This document shows positions 19,801-28,759 of a stretch of DNA of 64,000 nt, piece by piece. The stretch comes from Chitinophagales bacterium. Lineage in GTDB: Bacteria > Bacteroidota > Bacteroidia > Chitinophagales > UBA8649. The stretch is taken from NCBI GenBank assembly GCA_020635975.1, contig JACJYT010000002.1, positions 301,540 through 365,539 on the forward strand, written 5' to 3'. Below the pieces are notes generated by a model that saw only the letters and a list, made by a program, of their open reading frames with translations, was not told where the DNA came from and made no database searches. Made by a program: the position numbers and the translations under genes. Each line of letters starts with the position of its first letter. Positions within the stretch are counted from its first letter, which is position 1.

Positions 19801-20009
19801 GCTTCTGTATAGGTTAAACAAAGAATATTTTCGGCGAATGCCAATCCTTTATCTAATATATTACCAATTCTAGCTGCGAGAATTTGCGTTTTTCCTGTGC
19901 CTGGTCCGGCTACCACTAATACAGGTCCTTCTGTAGTTTCTACCGCTAGCTTTTGAATCGAATTTAACTTATTGTATTCTTCCGTAAAATTGAAAGTTGT
20001 GGAATGCAT
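16857..20009 (-). CDS. UvrD/Rep-family SF1 helicase fused to a C-terminal PD-(D/E)XK nuclease with four-Cys (Cas4/AddB-like) cluster
   Basis: Walker A AGPGTGKT, motif II VDEYQDT and motif III GDDDQSIYRFQGA. The C-terminal third has LACPLKFY, VIDYKTGK, QAIFYK and CGKADCSWCSG. Confidence 0.85.
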   Translation of the reverse strand: MHSTTFNFTEEYNKLNSIQKLAVETTEGPVLVVAGPGTGKTQILAARIGNILDKGLAFAENILCLTYTEAGVTAMRKRLIQFIGAEAHKVNIHTFHSFCNKIIQDNPECFGFDEMEALSDLEEVELLEKLIDGFDKNHPLKRWAGSIYFESSRLKMLFSLMKRENFSAEKIENAIQTYLEDLPNREDFVYKRKYGNFKPGDLKIAKVDKEKESFVSTLAAIQEFKNYQELKKKANRYDFDDMIMDVMQKLQSDEWLLGKYQEQFHYFLVDEYQDTNGAQNEILRLLISYWEKPNVFVVGDDDQSIYRFQGANLENIIQFYSSNLAHLGLEEQQTRILVLQNNYRSSQEVLNLAASSIVNNQERLVNQITNLDLNKEFKAAGSLATPNQPKPRIVVYPNPSHETADIANQIIALKEQGVNLNEIAVLYKEHKYGEDLQLCLNQKNIPLSTSKKINVLQSRFTNMLLDILNYISEENRIAHSREDLLFNIMHFPFFEIKAIQIARLSFELRESRFSSPKTTWREALMQIQKIFDEESIKNIHALAELCNKWQKDLQEKPLQLLFQTILDDIHCIPYIQKQKERVWLLQELKTFFDFIKQENIKNPNLSLAEFLEIIAQLRKYEISVPYVRSSFAENAVQLSTIHGSKGLEYTYVFLIGCNSNLWEKKRPNNKGYKLPEGIMIQPNDEEKQEELRRLFFVAMTRAKKYLQISYSNEDAKERELSPSLFVTEISKEEHAEIIEKHLSDEEIFEYNVLQIMQEKIHPELIEKGLLQSLLENYSMSVTHLNNYLACPLKFYYHNFLRIPQAKNASLAFGSAIHDSLESFFKEMKERNQVFPSQDEFVEIAKKQMFKQQDSFTKKEYQQKLAYIEKFLPEYYQNYIDEWHKDVELEKKITAVYKNIKLNGKLDKIEQRGNKIYVIDYKTGKEKNRKAADFQGPSEKIKDPENPSYEEKFGGNYWRQAIFYKILLDNNTNAFHRNWELEKAEFDFVEPDPDTGQFKKREVLISPKDIEIVKDQISDTWNKIKELEFTGCGKADCSWCSGELEKIDEEN

Positions 20010-20118
20010 AATATTTATTTAGAGCAAAAATATTTAGGCAAAACGTAAGGTATTTGCGTTTGCAGTAAAATTAACTTTTTTCTGGTTCAACTACGAAAGG
20101 AGCTGTGTAAGATTTCAC

Positions 20119-20787
20119 TTATTTCCTATGTTTGTTTGCTTCTCGAATGCTCAGATTGGAAAGTTCGGCATTATCTACATAATGATAAACGGCTGCTGGA
20201 TTTGTTCTTGCATATTCTCGAAGCGCCCAACCTATTGCTTTTCGAATAAAGAACTCTTTATTTGCGGAAAAATGATCGCAAATGCTAAACAATAATTCTT
20301 GATTGGTTTTTTGCTTGAATTTTAATTGAAAGAGTATGCAGCTCCGATGCCACCACATATTGTTGGAGGCCATAAAGTAATTTAATGCATATTCTATTTC
20401 GTTAGGATATTTAGAGAGGTAGCTTCCTAAAATATTGGGGGCGATGCCATCCACCGTATCCCACCAAGATTTTGTTGCAAGCAACTCGCTGATATAGTGA
20501 AAGTCCTTGACATCGCTGTATTTTTTTTGACAACGAATGGCTAAATCGATAGCACTGTATTGCATTTCTCTTTTGGGATGATTCATCATGGCCAGGATTT
20601 CGATTTTATAGCTTTCCTTGGGTGGGATTCCTAGATCTTTGAATACCTTCGAGAATATTGCCCTTCGATTAGGTGATTGGATACCGAAAAAGTCGAAATG
20701 GTTTTTCATGTACTTCTTCATAGGCTCTTGAAGCTCCAGTTGGCTCGCTGCTAAAAATTCTTTTTCTAAGACTTTTAAAAAGGTCAT
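20119..20787 (-). CDS. DNA alkylation repair protein (AlkD-like HEAT-repeat family)
   Basis: WWDTVD and FFIRKAIGWALREYARTNP motifs. I prefer the ATG at 20787 (MTFLKVLEKEF). The track's upstream extension runs over the recO promoter region. Confidence 0.75.
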   Translation of the reverse strand: MTFLKVLEKEFLAASQLELQEPMKKYMKNHFDFFGIQSPNRRAIFSKVFKDLGIPPKESYKIEILAMMNHPKREMQYSAIDLAIRCQKKYSDVKDFHYISELLATKSWWDTVDGIAPNILGSYLSKYPNEIEYALNYFMASNNMWWHRSCILFQLKFKQKTNQELLFSICDHFSANKEFFIRKAIGWALREYARTNPAAVYHYVDNAELSNLSIREANKHRK

Positions 20788-20854
20788 AAGCTTTTCCGAT
20801 TTAAGAATTGCAATAGTTGTTCTAGATTTAAATCTATGAATTTTTAAGAACAAC

Positions 20855-20862
20855 TAGCTTTG
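20855..20862 (+). promoter_or_regulatory. candidate -7 box TAGCTTTG upstream of recO
   Basis: TAnnTTTG match 20 nt before ATG 20883. Confidence 0.4.
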
Positions 20863-20882
20863 TAAATACCTATTTTTGTATT

Positions 20883-21590
20883 ATGCTTGTTAATTGCCAG
20901 GGAATAGTTTTTAAATCCTATAAGTTTCAGGACACTAGTTTGATTGTTAAAATATTCACTTCTAGTCATGGTGTTCAAACTTTTATGGTAAAAGGTATTC
21001 GAAGTGTTAAAGCAAATGGTAAGGCATCTCTCTTTCAACCTGGTGTTCTGCTTGATATGATTATGTACTATCAAGAAAATAAAAATTTTAAGGGTCTAAG
21101 AGAATATCGTGCTAGTCATTTATACAGCAGTAGTTTATTTGATATAAGAAAGTCTAGTGTATTGATATTTTTGATGGAAATTATTGAGTTATGCATACAT
21201 GGAGAGGAGAGTAATGATGCCATGTTCGATTTTGTTTATTCGGCCTTAGTAAAGCTAGATAAGGAAGAATTTCGGGCAGTTTTTCATATAGAATTTTTAT
21301 TAGAGCTCATGCAACATTTGGGCATTTATCCTAATGGACATGCTAGAGACTTGAATCCTTATTTCAGTATAAAGGAGGGGGGATTTGTAAACCATAAATC
21401 TTCTTTTCCCTACGAAATTAACACAGAAGATTCGGCTTCCTTTAGCAAGGCCTTAGAGGGTAGAGCAGAAGCAATGCTCAAAAAAGAGAGAAAAGTGGTG
21501 ATGGATATTATTCTCAGGTACTTTTCTTACCATTTGGATAACTTTGGAGAAATCAAGAGTCTTAAAGTCTTAGAATCGGTATTATCCTAA
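20883..21590 (+). CDS. recO: DNA repair protein RecO
   Basis: N-terminal OB-fold segment GIVFKSYKFQDTSLIVKIFTSSHGVQTFMVKGIRS, and overall length typical of RecO. Confidence 0.85.
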   Translation: MLVNCQGIVFKSYKFQDTSLIVKIFTSSHGVQTFMVKGIRSVKANGKASLFQPGVLLDMIMYYQENKNFKGLREYRASHLYSSSLFDIRKSSVLIFLMEIIELCIHGEESNDAMFDFVYSALVKLDKEEFRAVFHIEFLLELMQHLGIYPNGHARDLNPYFSIKEGGFVNHKSSFPYEINTEDSASFSKALEGRAEAMLKKERKVVMDIILRYFSYHLDNFGEIKSLKVLESVLS

Positions 21591-21735
21591 ATTTATTAAT
21601 GTATATATTATTGTTCACTTAACAATACGGGTTGGAAAGCAAAAACTTAGCTTTTCTGATTTAATGCCCTGAAGCGCTTACTTTAGCATTTCATTTAATT
21701 GCACAAAATTACTTTGTGTTAAGTAAACTTGAGAG

Positions 21736-22713
21736 ATGCTAAAAATTGGCGTTCTAGGAGCAGGACATTTAGGAAAAATCCATATTAAATTACTTCAAGA
21801 AATTGAAGCCTTTAAGGTTGTGGGTTTTTATGACCCAGATGATAAGAATGCAAGTAAGGCAGAGGAGAAGTTTGCTGTTAAGCGGTATTTAGACTTAGAG
21901 GAATTAATAGATGCTTGCGATGTTATAGATATAGTTACTGCAACCATATCCCATTTTGAATGTGCTCAGATGGCACTTAGGAAGTCGAAGCATATTTTTA
22001 TTGAGAAACCCATGACTTCCACTCTAGAAGAAGCCTATAAATTAGTAGAGCTAGTAAAGGAAGCCGGTGTATTAGCTCAAGTGGGGCATGTAGAGCGTTT
22101 CAATCCTGCGTTTTTAGCTGTTAAAGATTATCCTTTCAACCCAATGTTTATTGAAACTCATCGTTTGTCACAGTTTAATACTAGAGGAACTGATGTGTCT
22201 GTCATTTTGGATTTGATGATTCACGATATAGACATTATTCTTAAGTTGGTTAAAACCAATGTAAAGAATATTTATGCAAGTGGCGTACCTATTATTAGCG
22301 ACTCGCCCGATATTGCTAATGCGAGAATTGAATTTGACAATGGTTGTGTAGCCAATGTTACAGCGAGTAGAATCTCGGTAAAGAACATGAGAAAGACACG
22401 CATATTTCAAAGAGATTCTTATGTGAGCATAGATTTTTTAGAAAAGAAAACAGAAATTTTCAAATTGTATAACGAGCAACCAAGTAATTTGAATACATTT
22501 GAGTTAGATTTGGGAGAAAATAAGGCAAAGAAATACATTCATTTCGACACCCCGGAGATTCATCCAATCAATGCAATTAAAATGGAGTTAGAGTTATTTG
22601 CCGCAAGCATAATAGAGCAAAAGGAAGTAGAAGTTTCTGTGCTCGACGGTCTAAAGGCCATGGAAGTTGCGTATGGCGTTTTAGATAAAATACAACGTCT
22701 AAATATTATTTAG
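21736..22713 (+). CDS. Gfo/Idh/MocA family oxidoreductase
   Basis: Rossmann N-terminus KIGVLGAGHLGKIH, plus the IFIEKPMT motif. Confidence 0.85.
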   Translation: MLKIGVLGAGHLGKIHIKLLQEIEAFKVVGFYDPDDKNASKAEEKFAVKRYLDLEELIDACDVIDIVTATISHFECAQMALRKSKHIFIEKPMTSTLEEAYKLVELVKEAGVLAQVGHVERFNPAFLAVKDYPFNPMFIETHRLSQFNTRGTDVSVILDLMIHDIDIILKLVKTNVKNIYASGVPIISDSPDIANARIEFDNGCVANVTASRISVKNMRKTRIFQRDSYVSIDFLEKKTEIFKLYNEQPSNLNTFELDLGENKAKKYIHFDTPEIHPINAIKMELELFAASIIEQKEVEVSVLDGLKAMEVAYGVLDKIQRLNII

Positions 22714-22748
22714 ATAATCGTATCGTTATAAAGTACAAGTTGAAAATT

Positions 22749-23570
22749 ATGAATGGAAAAGTATTCGTTTGGTTAGCCATAGTCTTTTTTTTAACGGCTT
22801 GTAATAAGAGTCCAAATGATGGTATCCCAAGCTATATTGAAATTTCTCAGGTTGAGCTTACAACAAATTCTAATCAAGGATCTAATGTCCACTTAATCAG
22901 TGATTTGTGGATAGAAAGTGAAGGAGAGTATATAGGTAATTTTGAATATCCCAATGTTATTCCGGCGCTTATATCTGGTAATCGCGAAATAATTATGAAT
23001 GCTGGTATTTTTAGAAATGGCGATTATAATAATAGAGAAATTTACCCAGCTTATCAACCGTTTAAAGCAAATTTCGATTTTGTACCAGGAGATACCGTAA
23101 TAATTAACCCAAGTTTTGCTTACTACAATACAGTACTTTTCCCTCTAATTGAAGATTTTGAATCTGGAAATATTTTTACAGGAACCAATAGAACCGCACT
23201 AGGTGATTCAAATAATATAGAAGGTAGAGCTTTACATATTCATCTTGATGGCATAAATCCTAGCATAGAAAGCATAACCAGTAGTCCTGTTGTGATTCCC
23301 TTTGGAAGAAGAGTTTATATAGAAATGCAATTTAAAGGGAGCAATGATTTTGGGTTGGGAATTCAAGCTCTTGTAAATGGTTCGGTAAGTGAGCAAGGTT
23401 ATATTGATGCTTTTTACTCTTCGGATTGGTATAAAATTCATTATGACATTACCGATGTAATTAATTCTTTGGATGCAGATGGCTACAATTTTTACATCGA
23501 GGCAATCAAGTCGGATTCTCAAAGTGAATCGGATTTGTATCTTGACAATTTCAAAATTGTTGTGATTTGA
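22749..23570 (+). CDS. hypothetical lipoprotein
   Basis: MNGKVFVWLAIVFFLTAC is a signal peptide plus lipobox. The 3' end overlaps the next gene by 4 nt. No family recognised. Confidence 0.5.
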   Translation: MNGKVFVWLAIVFFLTACNKSPNDGIPSYIEISQVELTTNSNQGSNVHLISDLWIESEGEYIGNFEYPNVIPALISGNREIIMNAGIFRNGDYNNREIYPAYQPFKANFDFVPGDTVIINPSFAYYNTVLFPLIEDFESGNIFTGTNRTALGDSNNIEGRALHIHLDGINPSIESITSSPVVIPFGRRVYIEMQFKGSNDFGLGIQALVNGSVSEQGYIDAFYSSDWYKIHYDITDVINSLDADGYNFYIEAIKSDSQSESDLYLDNFKIVVI

Positions 23571-24985
23571 AAAACAAGAAGCCTTATAATGGTAAATTAG
23601 CATTTAGCATAATCGACCTTGCTAGTGCTATGTTGGCCTGGTCTATTTTCTTTTTATTCAGAAAGCTCTATGTCGATAAGTACCCACTAGAGTTGGCAAA
23701 AGTTGTTGGCGATAAAAATTTTATTATTGCCATGATACTTTTACCCTTGATGTGGTACTTATGGTATGATTTCACTGGGCAGTATTACAAAGCCTACAGA
23801 CAGTCGCGCTTGAAAATGGTTTTTAAAAGCTTCTGGCAGTCCTTGTTAGGAGTTTTGGCTATATTTTTTGCCTTTCTATTAGACGATAAAGTTTCTAGCT
23901 ATAAGAATTATTATGCTACCTTTTCTTTCTTACTAATCTGCCATTTTTTCTTTACCACGCTCTTTAGAGTTTTGTTATTGAGTTATATAAAGATTCAAAT
24001 GTCGAAGGGAAAAATTCAGGTAAATGCTTTAATTGTTGGAACAAAAATAAAGGCTCACCAATTTATTGAGGAATTTCAACAAAACCCCTTGGTTTATGCC
24101 TATAATATTAAGGGGGTTGTAGGTTTGGAAACTAATGACCAATCTAAGATTGGAGAGTTGAGACATCTTGGGAATTTGAATAATTTGGAAGAAATATGCC
24201 TTCAAGAAGGAATTGAAGATGTAATTATAGCGGTTCAACCAGAGGAGCACAACTATATTAATCCAATTATTATTAGTTTGTCTTCATTGAAAGTTTTTAT
24301 AAGGATTATTCCAGATTTATATGATATTTTGTCTGGTTCGGTTAGTATGAGTGAGGTCGTAGGAGCACCTTTAATTGATATTTATCCAGACGCTATGCAA
24401 CCTTGGCAGCAGAATGCTAAACGATTATTGGATATTTTGATTTCATTGCTTTCACTTTTTTTGTTGCTGCCTTTCTTTCTTTTAGTGGCTATAATTATCA
24501 AGCTAGGCGATGGCGGACCGGTTTTTTATTCGCAAATGAGAGTCGGTAGAGGAGGCACTGCTTTTCGTCTCTATAAATTCCGATCTATGAAAGATAATGC
24601 GGAGCCAAATGGTCCGGCCTTGTCCTCCGACAATGATGAGCGAATAACTCCCTTTGGTGGCTTTATGCGGAAGTGGAGAATAGACGAACTGCCTCAATTT
24701 TGGAATGTTTTAAAAGGAGAAATGAGTTTAATAGGTCCGAGACCAGAACGTCAATACTTTATTCATGAAATGAGTAAGATTGCTCCACAAGTTAAGCACT
24801 TGCAAAGGGTAAAACCAGGCTTAACCTCTTTAGGAATGGTTAAATATGGTTATGCTCAAAATGTTGATGAAATGATAGAACGTTTGAAATACGATATTAT
24901 CTATATAGAAAAGCGCTCTTTAGGATTAGATTTTAAAATCTTTCTTTACACCATTATTACCTTGATAAGAGGTCGAGGTAAATAA
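23567..24985 (+). CDS. polyprenyl-phosphate sugar phosphotransferase (WbaP/exopolysaccharide-initiating type)
   Basis: N-terminal transmembrane helices. The C-terminal catalytic domain has PVFYSQMRVGRGG, FRLYKFRSM and DELPQFWNVLKGEMSLIGPRP. The start codon is uncertain (TTG). Confidence 0.85.
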   Translation: MKNKKPYNGKLAFSIIDLASAMLAWSIFFLFRKLYVDKYPLELAKVVGDKNFIIAMILLPLMWYLWYDFTGQYYKAYRQSRLKMVFKSFWQSLLGVLAIFFAFLLDDKVSSYKNYYATFSFLLICHFFFTTLFRVLLLSYIKIQMSKGKIQVNALIVGTKIKAHQFIEEFQQNPLVYAYNIKGVVGLETNDQSKIGELRHLGNLNNLEEICLQEGIEDVIIAVQPEEHNYINPIIISLSSLKVFIRIIPDLYDILSGSVSMSEVVGAPLIDIYPDAMQPWQQNAKRLLDILISLLSLFLLLPFFLLVAIIIKLGDGGPVFYSQMRVGRGGTAFRLYKFRSMKDNAEPNGPALSSDNDERITPFGGFMRKWRIDELPQFWNVLKGEMSLIGPRPERQYFIHEMSKIAPQVKHLQRVKPGLTSLGMVKYGYAQNVDEMIERLKYDIIYIEKRSLGLDFKIFLYTIITLIRGRGK

Positions 24986-24988
24986 ATC

Positions 24989-27223
24989 TTATTGATTGAG
25001 GAGTTCTAAAACTCGTTTATAACTGGCAAGATTATTTTCGTTAAGAGCCGATTTGGTTAGTTGATAGTATTCTTGTTCCGAAAGTCTTAAACTCATGCTT
25101 GCTCTTTTCTCTTCAGGGGCCGCTACGTATTCAAAATTAACGACTTCAATTTTACCTTTAAGTACATCATCTGTTCCGTTAAGAATATAATCTTGAACAT
25201 AATCTTGATTGATAGTTAAATTACTGGATATACTACCGAAAGAGGATCCTAGCTTGGATAAGAAGGTTTTATATTCGAAATCTTCGATTTTATTCTTTTT
25301 TACATTATCTCTAATCTGAACAATGACAACCCCACTAGTATTCGTTTTTATCCAATCTTGAAATACATTTAAAAATCGAAGTGCATTTTCCATTCCAAAA
25401 TTATCTCTAATTCCTGCATCGAAAACATCGATTTGTGGCGTACTAGGAAGAGAAACATTCGGCAGAATAAGAGGATAGGTTGCATTCATTCGGATGGCTG
25501 AACTAATACTTAAATTGTAAGCGTCATTTTTAGAGAAGAAGGCACCAAAATCTATGGCATCTACTTCATACATTTTATTGTGCTCTGGTGCAAATTCTGA
25601 ATAAGCTCTCATCATATACGAAACCGGTTGCGGACTAATGATCATTTTACGCATATCGTTTACGTTGATGGTAGAAATAAACATTAAAGGAATGCTTGCA
25701 GATTTTTCAAAACTTTTGTAATCTGCTAGGCTTTTATTTAGAATACCATCTGTGTGTTCATTAAGGGAAAGTTCAAAAGAAGTGCCTCTATCAAAATTGT
25801 ATACTTTATCTCCGTAGTAATATTTCCTAAAACCAAAGAATAGGTCGTTTGCAACTATTGTTGTAGTGATTTTATTTATTAGGTCCAAAGAGATTTTGCG
25901 CGTATACTCTTCACTTTGTATGTTTTCTGCCAAACCGAGTTGATTTCTGAGGTAAAGTTCTCTATAGTAGGCTAAGCCCATCATGCCACCTGAAGCACCG
26001 CTCATAAGGGCGGTGTGTTTCATTACTTCTCCATTACTTAAACTATCTAAAGTTTGTATTACTTTCATCGTAAAAGTGGCCGATCGACTTCCTCCCCCTG
26101 TAGCTAAAACGATCATTAATTTAGGTTTGTAGTAGTAGGGTTTGCCTTCTTTATTTTTTTCTTTCCATTTATTTAAAATTTCCAAAGTTTCAATGATGTC
26201 TCTTTCTACGTATTTACCTTGGCATAAGCTATCAAGTACTTCTAGAGAATATTCTTGTTTGGTTTCATAGTTTAATCCGTAGGCCTGACTATTTCTTTGC
26301 ATCCATTCTAACTTAGAGAAGCTGTTTAAACCTAAAATTAGGAGTATAACTACTACCGAACCCCATTTTCCTCCCCAATAGTAAACTAATCCGGCAAGAG
26401 ATATTACAATACTAAAGAACAGAAAAATAGTGCCTGCAGCGGGAATTTCGAAAAGCGGTTTGTCAATTAACAAACCAGATCCAATTAAAATTGCTGCGTT
26501 TAAAATTATAATAAGAAAGGCATTCAAATGGTGCTGCTGAAATACTTTTAGTAAAAGTCCATCGTCATAATGGGTAACATCTCGAACATGTCTAAGTCTA
26601 AATTTTCTACTTAAGTAATAGTCTACTCGATCTGCTTTGCCTTGGCCAGATAGGTCGTCCCAGTTTTGATAGTCTGTATTATTTTTTTCGTGCTCTCCAC
26701 TAGGATCAATAAAGCCAAAGATGTCTTTGTTGCTGGCTACAAAGTAAACTGAGGTGATTAGTAAAACAAGTGCAAAACCTCCCAAAAGACCAAGAACCAT
26801 CCAAAATATTTGCAGGCTATTTCTACCCATATCGTAGTTTTGGTAATCTACTACTTGAAAAAGATAGGCAATGAAAAAAGCTAGTGGGATAATGCTGTTG
26901 TTAAAAGTAAACATGGCAAAAGGCCATCTTAGACTGGCAACGAAGGGATAGCGATAGCTATAAAGTAAGTAACTCACTAAATTCCATGTTATATAAAATA
27001 TTCCAAAGCATATCCCTACTAATTGAAAGCTAAAATATCCAACGACTCCAATATATTCTGGATTTAGAAAGAGCATGGGAACACCGTAATTATCGCCAAG
27101 TTTCCCAATTATTATAAATAGGATAAAAATCCAACTTAAGCTTAATATCAAATTTTCTTTGATGTGATTACTCAAAAGTCGAATAGGAAAGAAATAAATA
27201 GTGTTTGTAATTTTTTCTAACAT
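24989..27223 (-). CDS. patatin-like phospholipase with ~300-aa polytopic membrane N-terminal domain
   Basis: Oxyanion motif GGGSRSA, nucleophile elbow GASGG, and Asp motif FDAGIRDNFG. The first ~300 aa carry about 7-8 hydrophobic helices. Confidence 0.8.
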   Translation of the reverse strand: MLEKITNTIYFFPIRLLSNHIKENLILSLSWIFILFIIIGKLGDNYGVPMLFLNPEYIGVVGYFSFQLVGICFGIFYITWNLVSYLLYSYRYPFVASLRWPFAMFTFNNSIIPLAFFIAYLFQVVDYQNYDMGRNSLQIFWMVLGLLGGFALVLLITSVYFVASNKDIFGFIDPSGEHEKNNTDYQNWDDLSGQGKADRVDYYLSRKFRLRHVRDVTHYDDGLLLKVFQQHHLNAFLIIILNAAILIGSGLLIDKPLFEIPAAGTIFLFFSIVISLAGLVYYWGGKWGSVVVILLILGLNSFSKLEWMQRNSQAYGLNYETKQEYSLEVLDSLCQGKYVERDIIETLEILNKWKEKNKEGKPYYYKPKLMIVLATGGGSRSATFTMKVIQTLDSLSNGEVMKHTALMSGASGGMMGLAYYRELYLRNQLGLAENIQSEEYTRKISLDLINKITTTIVANDLFFGFRKYYYGDKVYNFDRGTSFELSLNEHTDGILNKSLADYKSFEKSASIPLMFISTINVNDMRKMIISPQPVSYMMRAYSEFAPEHNKMYEVDAIDFGAFFSKNDAYNLSISSAIRMNATYPLILPNVSLPSTPQIDVFDAGIRDNFGMENALRFLNVFQDWIKTNTSGVVIVQIRDNVKKNKIEDFEYKTFLSKLGSSFGSISSNLTINQDYVQDYILNGTDDVLKGKIEVVNFEYVAAPEEKRASMSLRLSEQEYYQLTKSALNENNLASYKRVLELLNQ

Positions 27224-27264
27224 AGCTAGAATAAAATTAAGTAAAATTCAAGATAAATTTCATC

Positions 27265-28674
27265 TTAGTTTTGATAAGAAATAGCACCAATATCATAGGG
27301 GCTTAGCCAAGGATTACAATAGAGGTCGCTTTGGATTCCATTATTTTTACCAGCACCAACACATACGGAGTTAGCGCTTAAACTAAAGTCTGCATTATTG
27401 CTATTATTAAACTGAGGGTTTTCATTCACTATGCATGAAATGTAGGTACTTGTGTCTGTGTTCAAGCTAGTGCTTAAGAGACAATTTTCAAAGAGGTAGA
27501 TAAAGTCAAATTGAGACTCTTTATTCAATAATAATTCGTCGTTTTTGCCACCATAAACGATGCAATTCGTGAACTGGGCTAAACTTAAATCTCCGTAGGC
27601 TCCTTGAGAACCATTACTAGCAAAATTCGAAAGTTGAACACATTCTTGTTCGCCAGTACCGTAAAGGGTGCAATTGTCGAAGCGATATTGCCCCCCCATA
27701 GCTAAGGTAAGGGCACTTTGTCCGTTATTATGAAAAAGGCAGTTCTGTGCTTCAACCTGAGCATTTAAACAAAACAAAGCCATGTTAGAACTATATTTTA
27801 TTTCTACTTTGTCGAGTTCAATTATTGGTTGATTACTACTATTGAAGCTTGCAAAATCGTCATAGATCCATCTTCCCATTATACCGTAGGTAGAGTTTTT
27901 AATTATAACATTATGGAGTTCGGCACTAGCACCACTTCTTAAGATTAATCCCAACCATAAACCAGGCGTATTTTCGAAATCTAAACCATTGGGTAAATCT
28001 TCTATTCTGTCGCTTTGCAAGACCACTGAGTCTTGGCAATTAGCTTCACCAATAATAACTGGTCCATCGCTGAAAATTGCGCTGCCTTGATTAAAATATA
28101 CTTGACAACCCGGCAAAATAGTTAAGGAGCCGAAGGCTTCTACCCCAACGCCTGGGAAAGAATCTGTTCTAACAACTACATGGGGTTTATCGTTTTGCCA
28201 TATGGAATCTCCTTCGATAATTTCGCCATAATGAAAATAAGCATTTTGTCCCCATGCTCTTAAATAACTACTTTGTGTAGTTTGATTGTAGCGATATTGA
28301 ATTTCATCTACCAATACGAAAGGGTTGGTCTGATTGTTTGGATCTATAGTTACTTCGGCAAAAATGTAGATATAATCATTTGCTGGAATTTCAACATCGA
28401 AAATTGAAGTACCTGGAATGCCATCTACGTTAATTCGAAATTGATTTCCAGGTATACCCATTAGCTTGATTTCATCAATTCGAATTGCTTCTTTTAAAGG
28501 GTTTTCTACTTTAAAATATCTAGTAACGGAGCCTAAGCTAGTAAATACGGTATCAAAAGTTAGGGTGTCATTTGAGAAAGTAAGTACGGCATTGTTTCCT
28601 TCATAGAAGCGATCTTTCCTGCAGGATGCAAGTAAAGTGATAAGAACAATAAGAAAGCTAAAATGAAATTTCAT
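27265..28674 (-). CDS. lipoprotein with right-handed parallel beta-helix (PbH1-like) repeats
   Basis: MKFHFSFLIVLITLLASC lipobox. Repeated NC-x turns (NCLFHNN, NCTLYG, NCIVYGG, NCLLST). I prefer the ATG at 28674 to the track start at 28725. Confidence 0.6.
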   Translation of the reverse strand: MKFHFSFLIVLITLLASCRKDRFYEGNNAVLTFSNDTLTFDTVFTSLGSVTRYFKVENPLKEAIRIDEIKLMGIPGNQFRINVDGIPGTSIFDVEIPANDYIYIFAEVTIDPNNQTNPFVLVDEIQYRYNQTTQSSYLRAWGQNAYFHYGEIIEGDSIWQNDKPHVVVRTDSFPGVGVEAFGSLTILPGCQVYFNQGSAIFSDGPVIIGEANCQDSVVLQSDRIEDLPNGLDFENTPGLWLGLILRSGASAELHNVIIKNSTYGIMGRWIYDDFASFNSSNQPIIELDKVEIKYSSNMALFCLNAQVEAQNCLFHNNGQSALTLAMGGQYRFDNCTLYGTGEQECVQLSNFASNGSQGAYGDLSLAQFTNCIVYGGKNDELLLNKESQFDFIYLFENCLLSTSLNTDTSTYISCIVNENPQFNNSNNADFSLSANSVCVGAGKNNGIQSDLYCNPWLSPYDIGAISYQN

Positions 28675-28759
28675 GAGATGCAAATGTAGTTTAAAAACTA
28701 ATATCTTGGCAAAATATTGTATCAATGATTTGTATTACGCTGTGCTAAAAATAATAGGG

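Noticed and set aside
16297-20009. The helicase-nuclease plus small neighbouring gene as an anti-phage defence system.
   Set aside because: There are no methyltransferase, ATPase partner, toxin, integrase or other island hallmarks. The flanking genes are housekeeping (recO, AlkD-like, YjbR), base composition is unremarkable, and the genes are convergent rather than operonic.
20788-20853. Upstream extensions of track ORFs: 20853 for the AlkD-like gene, and likewise 28725 (beta-helix lipoprotein), 40705 (rpsO) and 8980 (ArsR).
   Set aside because: In each case an internal ATG gives a canonical N-terminus (signal peptide/lipobox or a conserved family start). The extension would also cover promoter or intergenic sequence.
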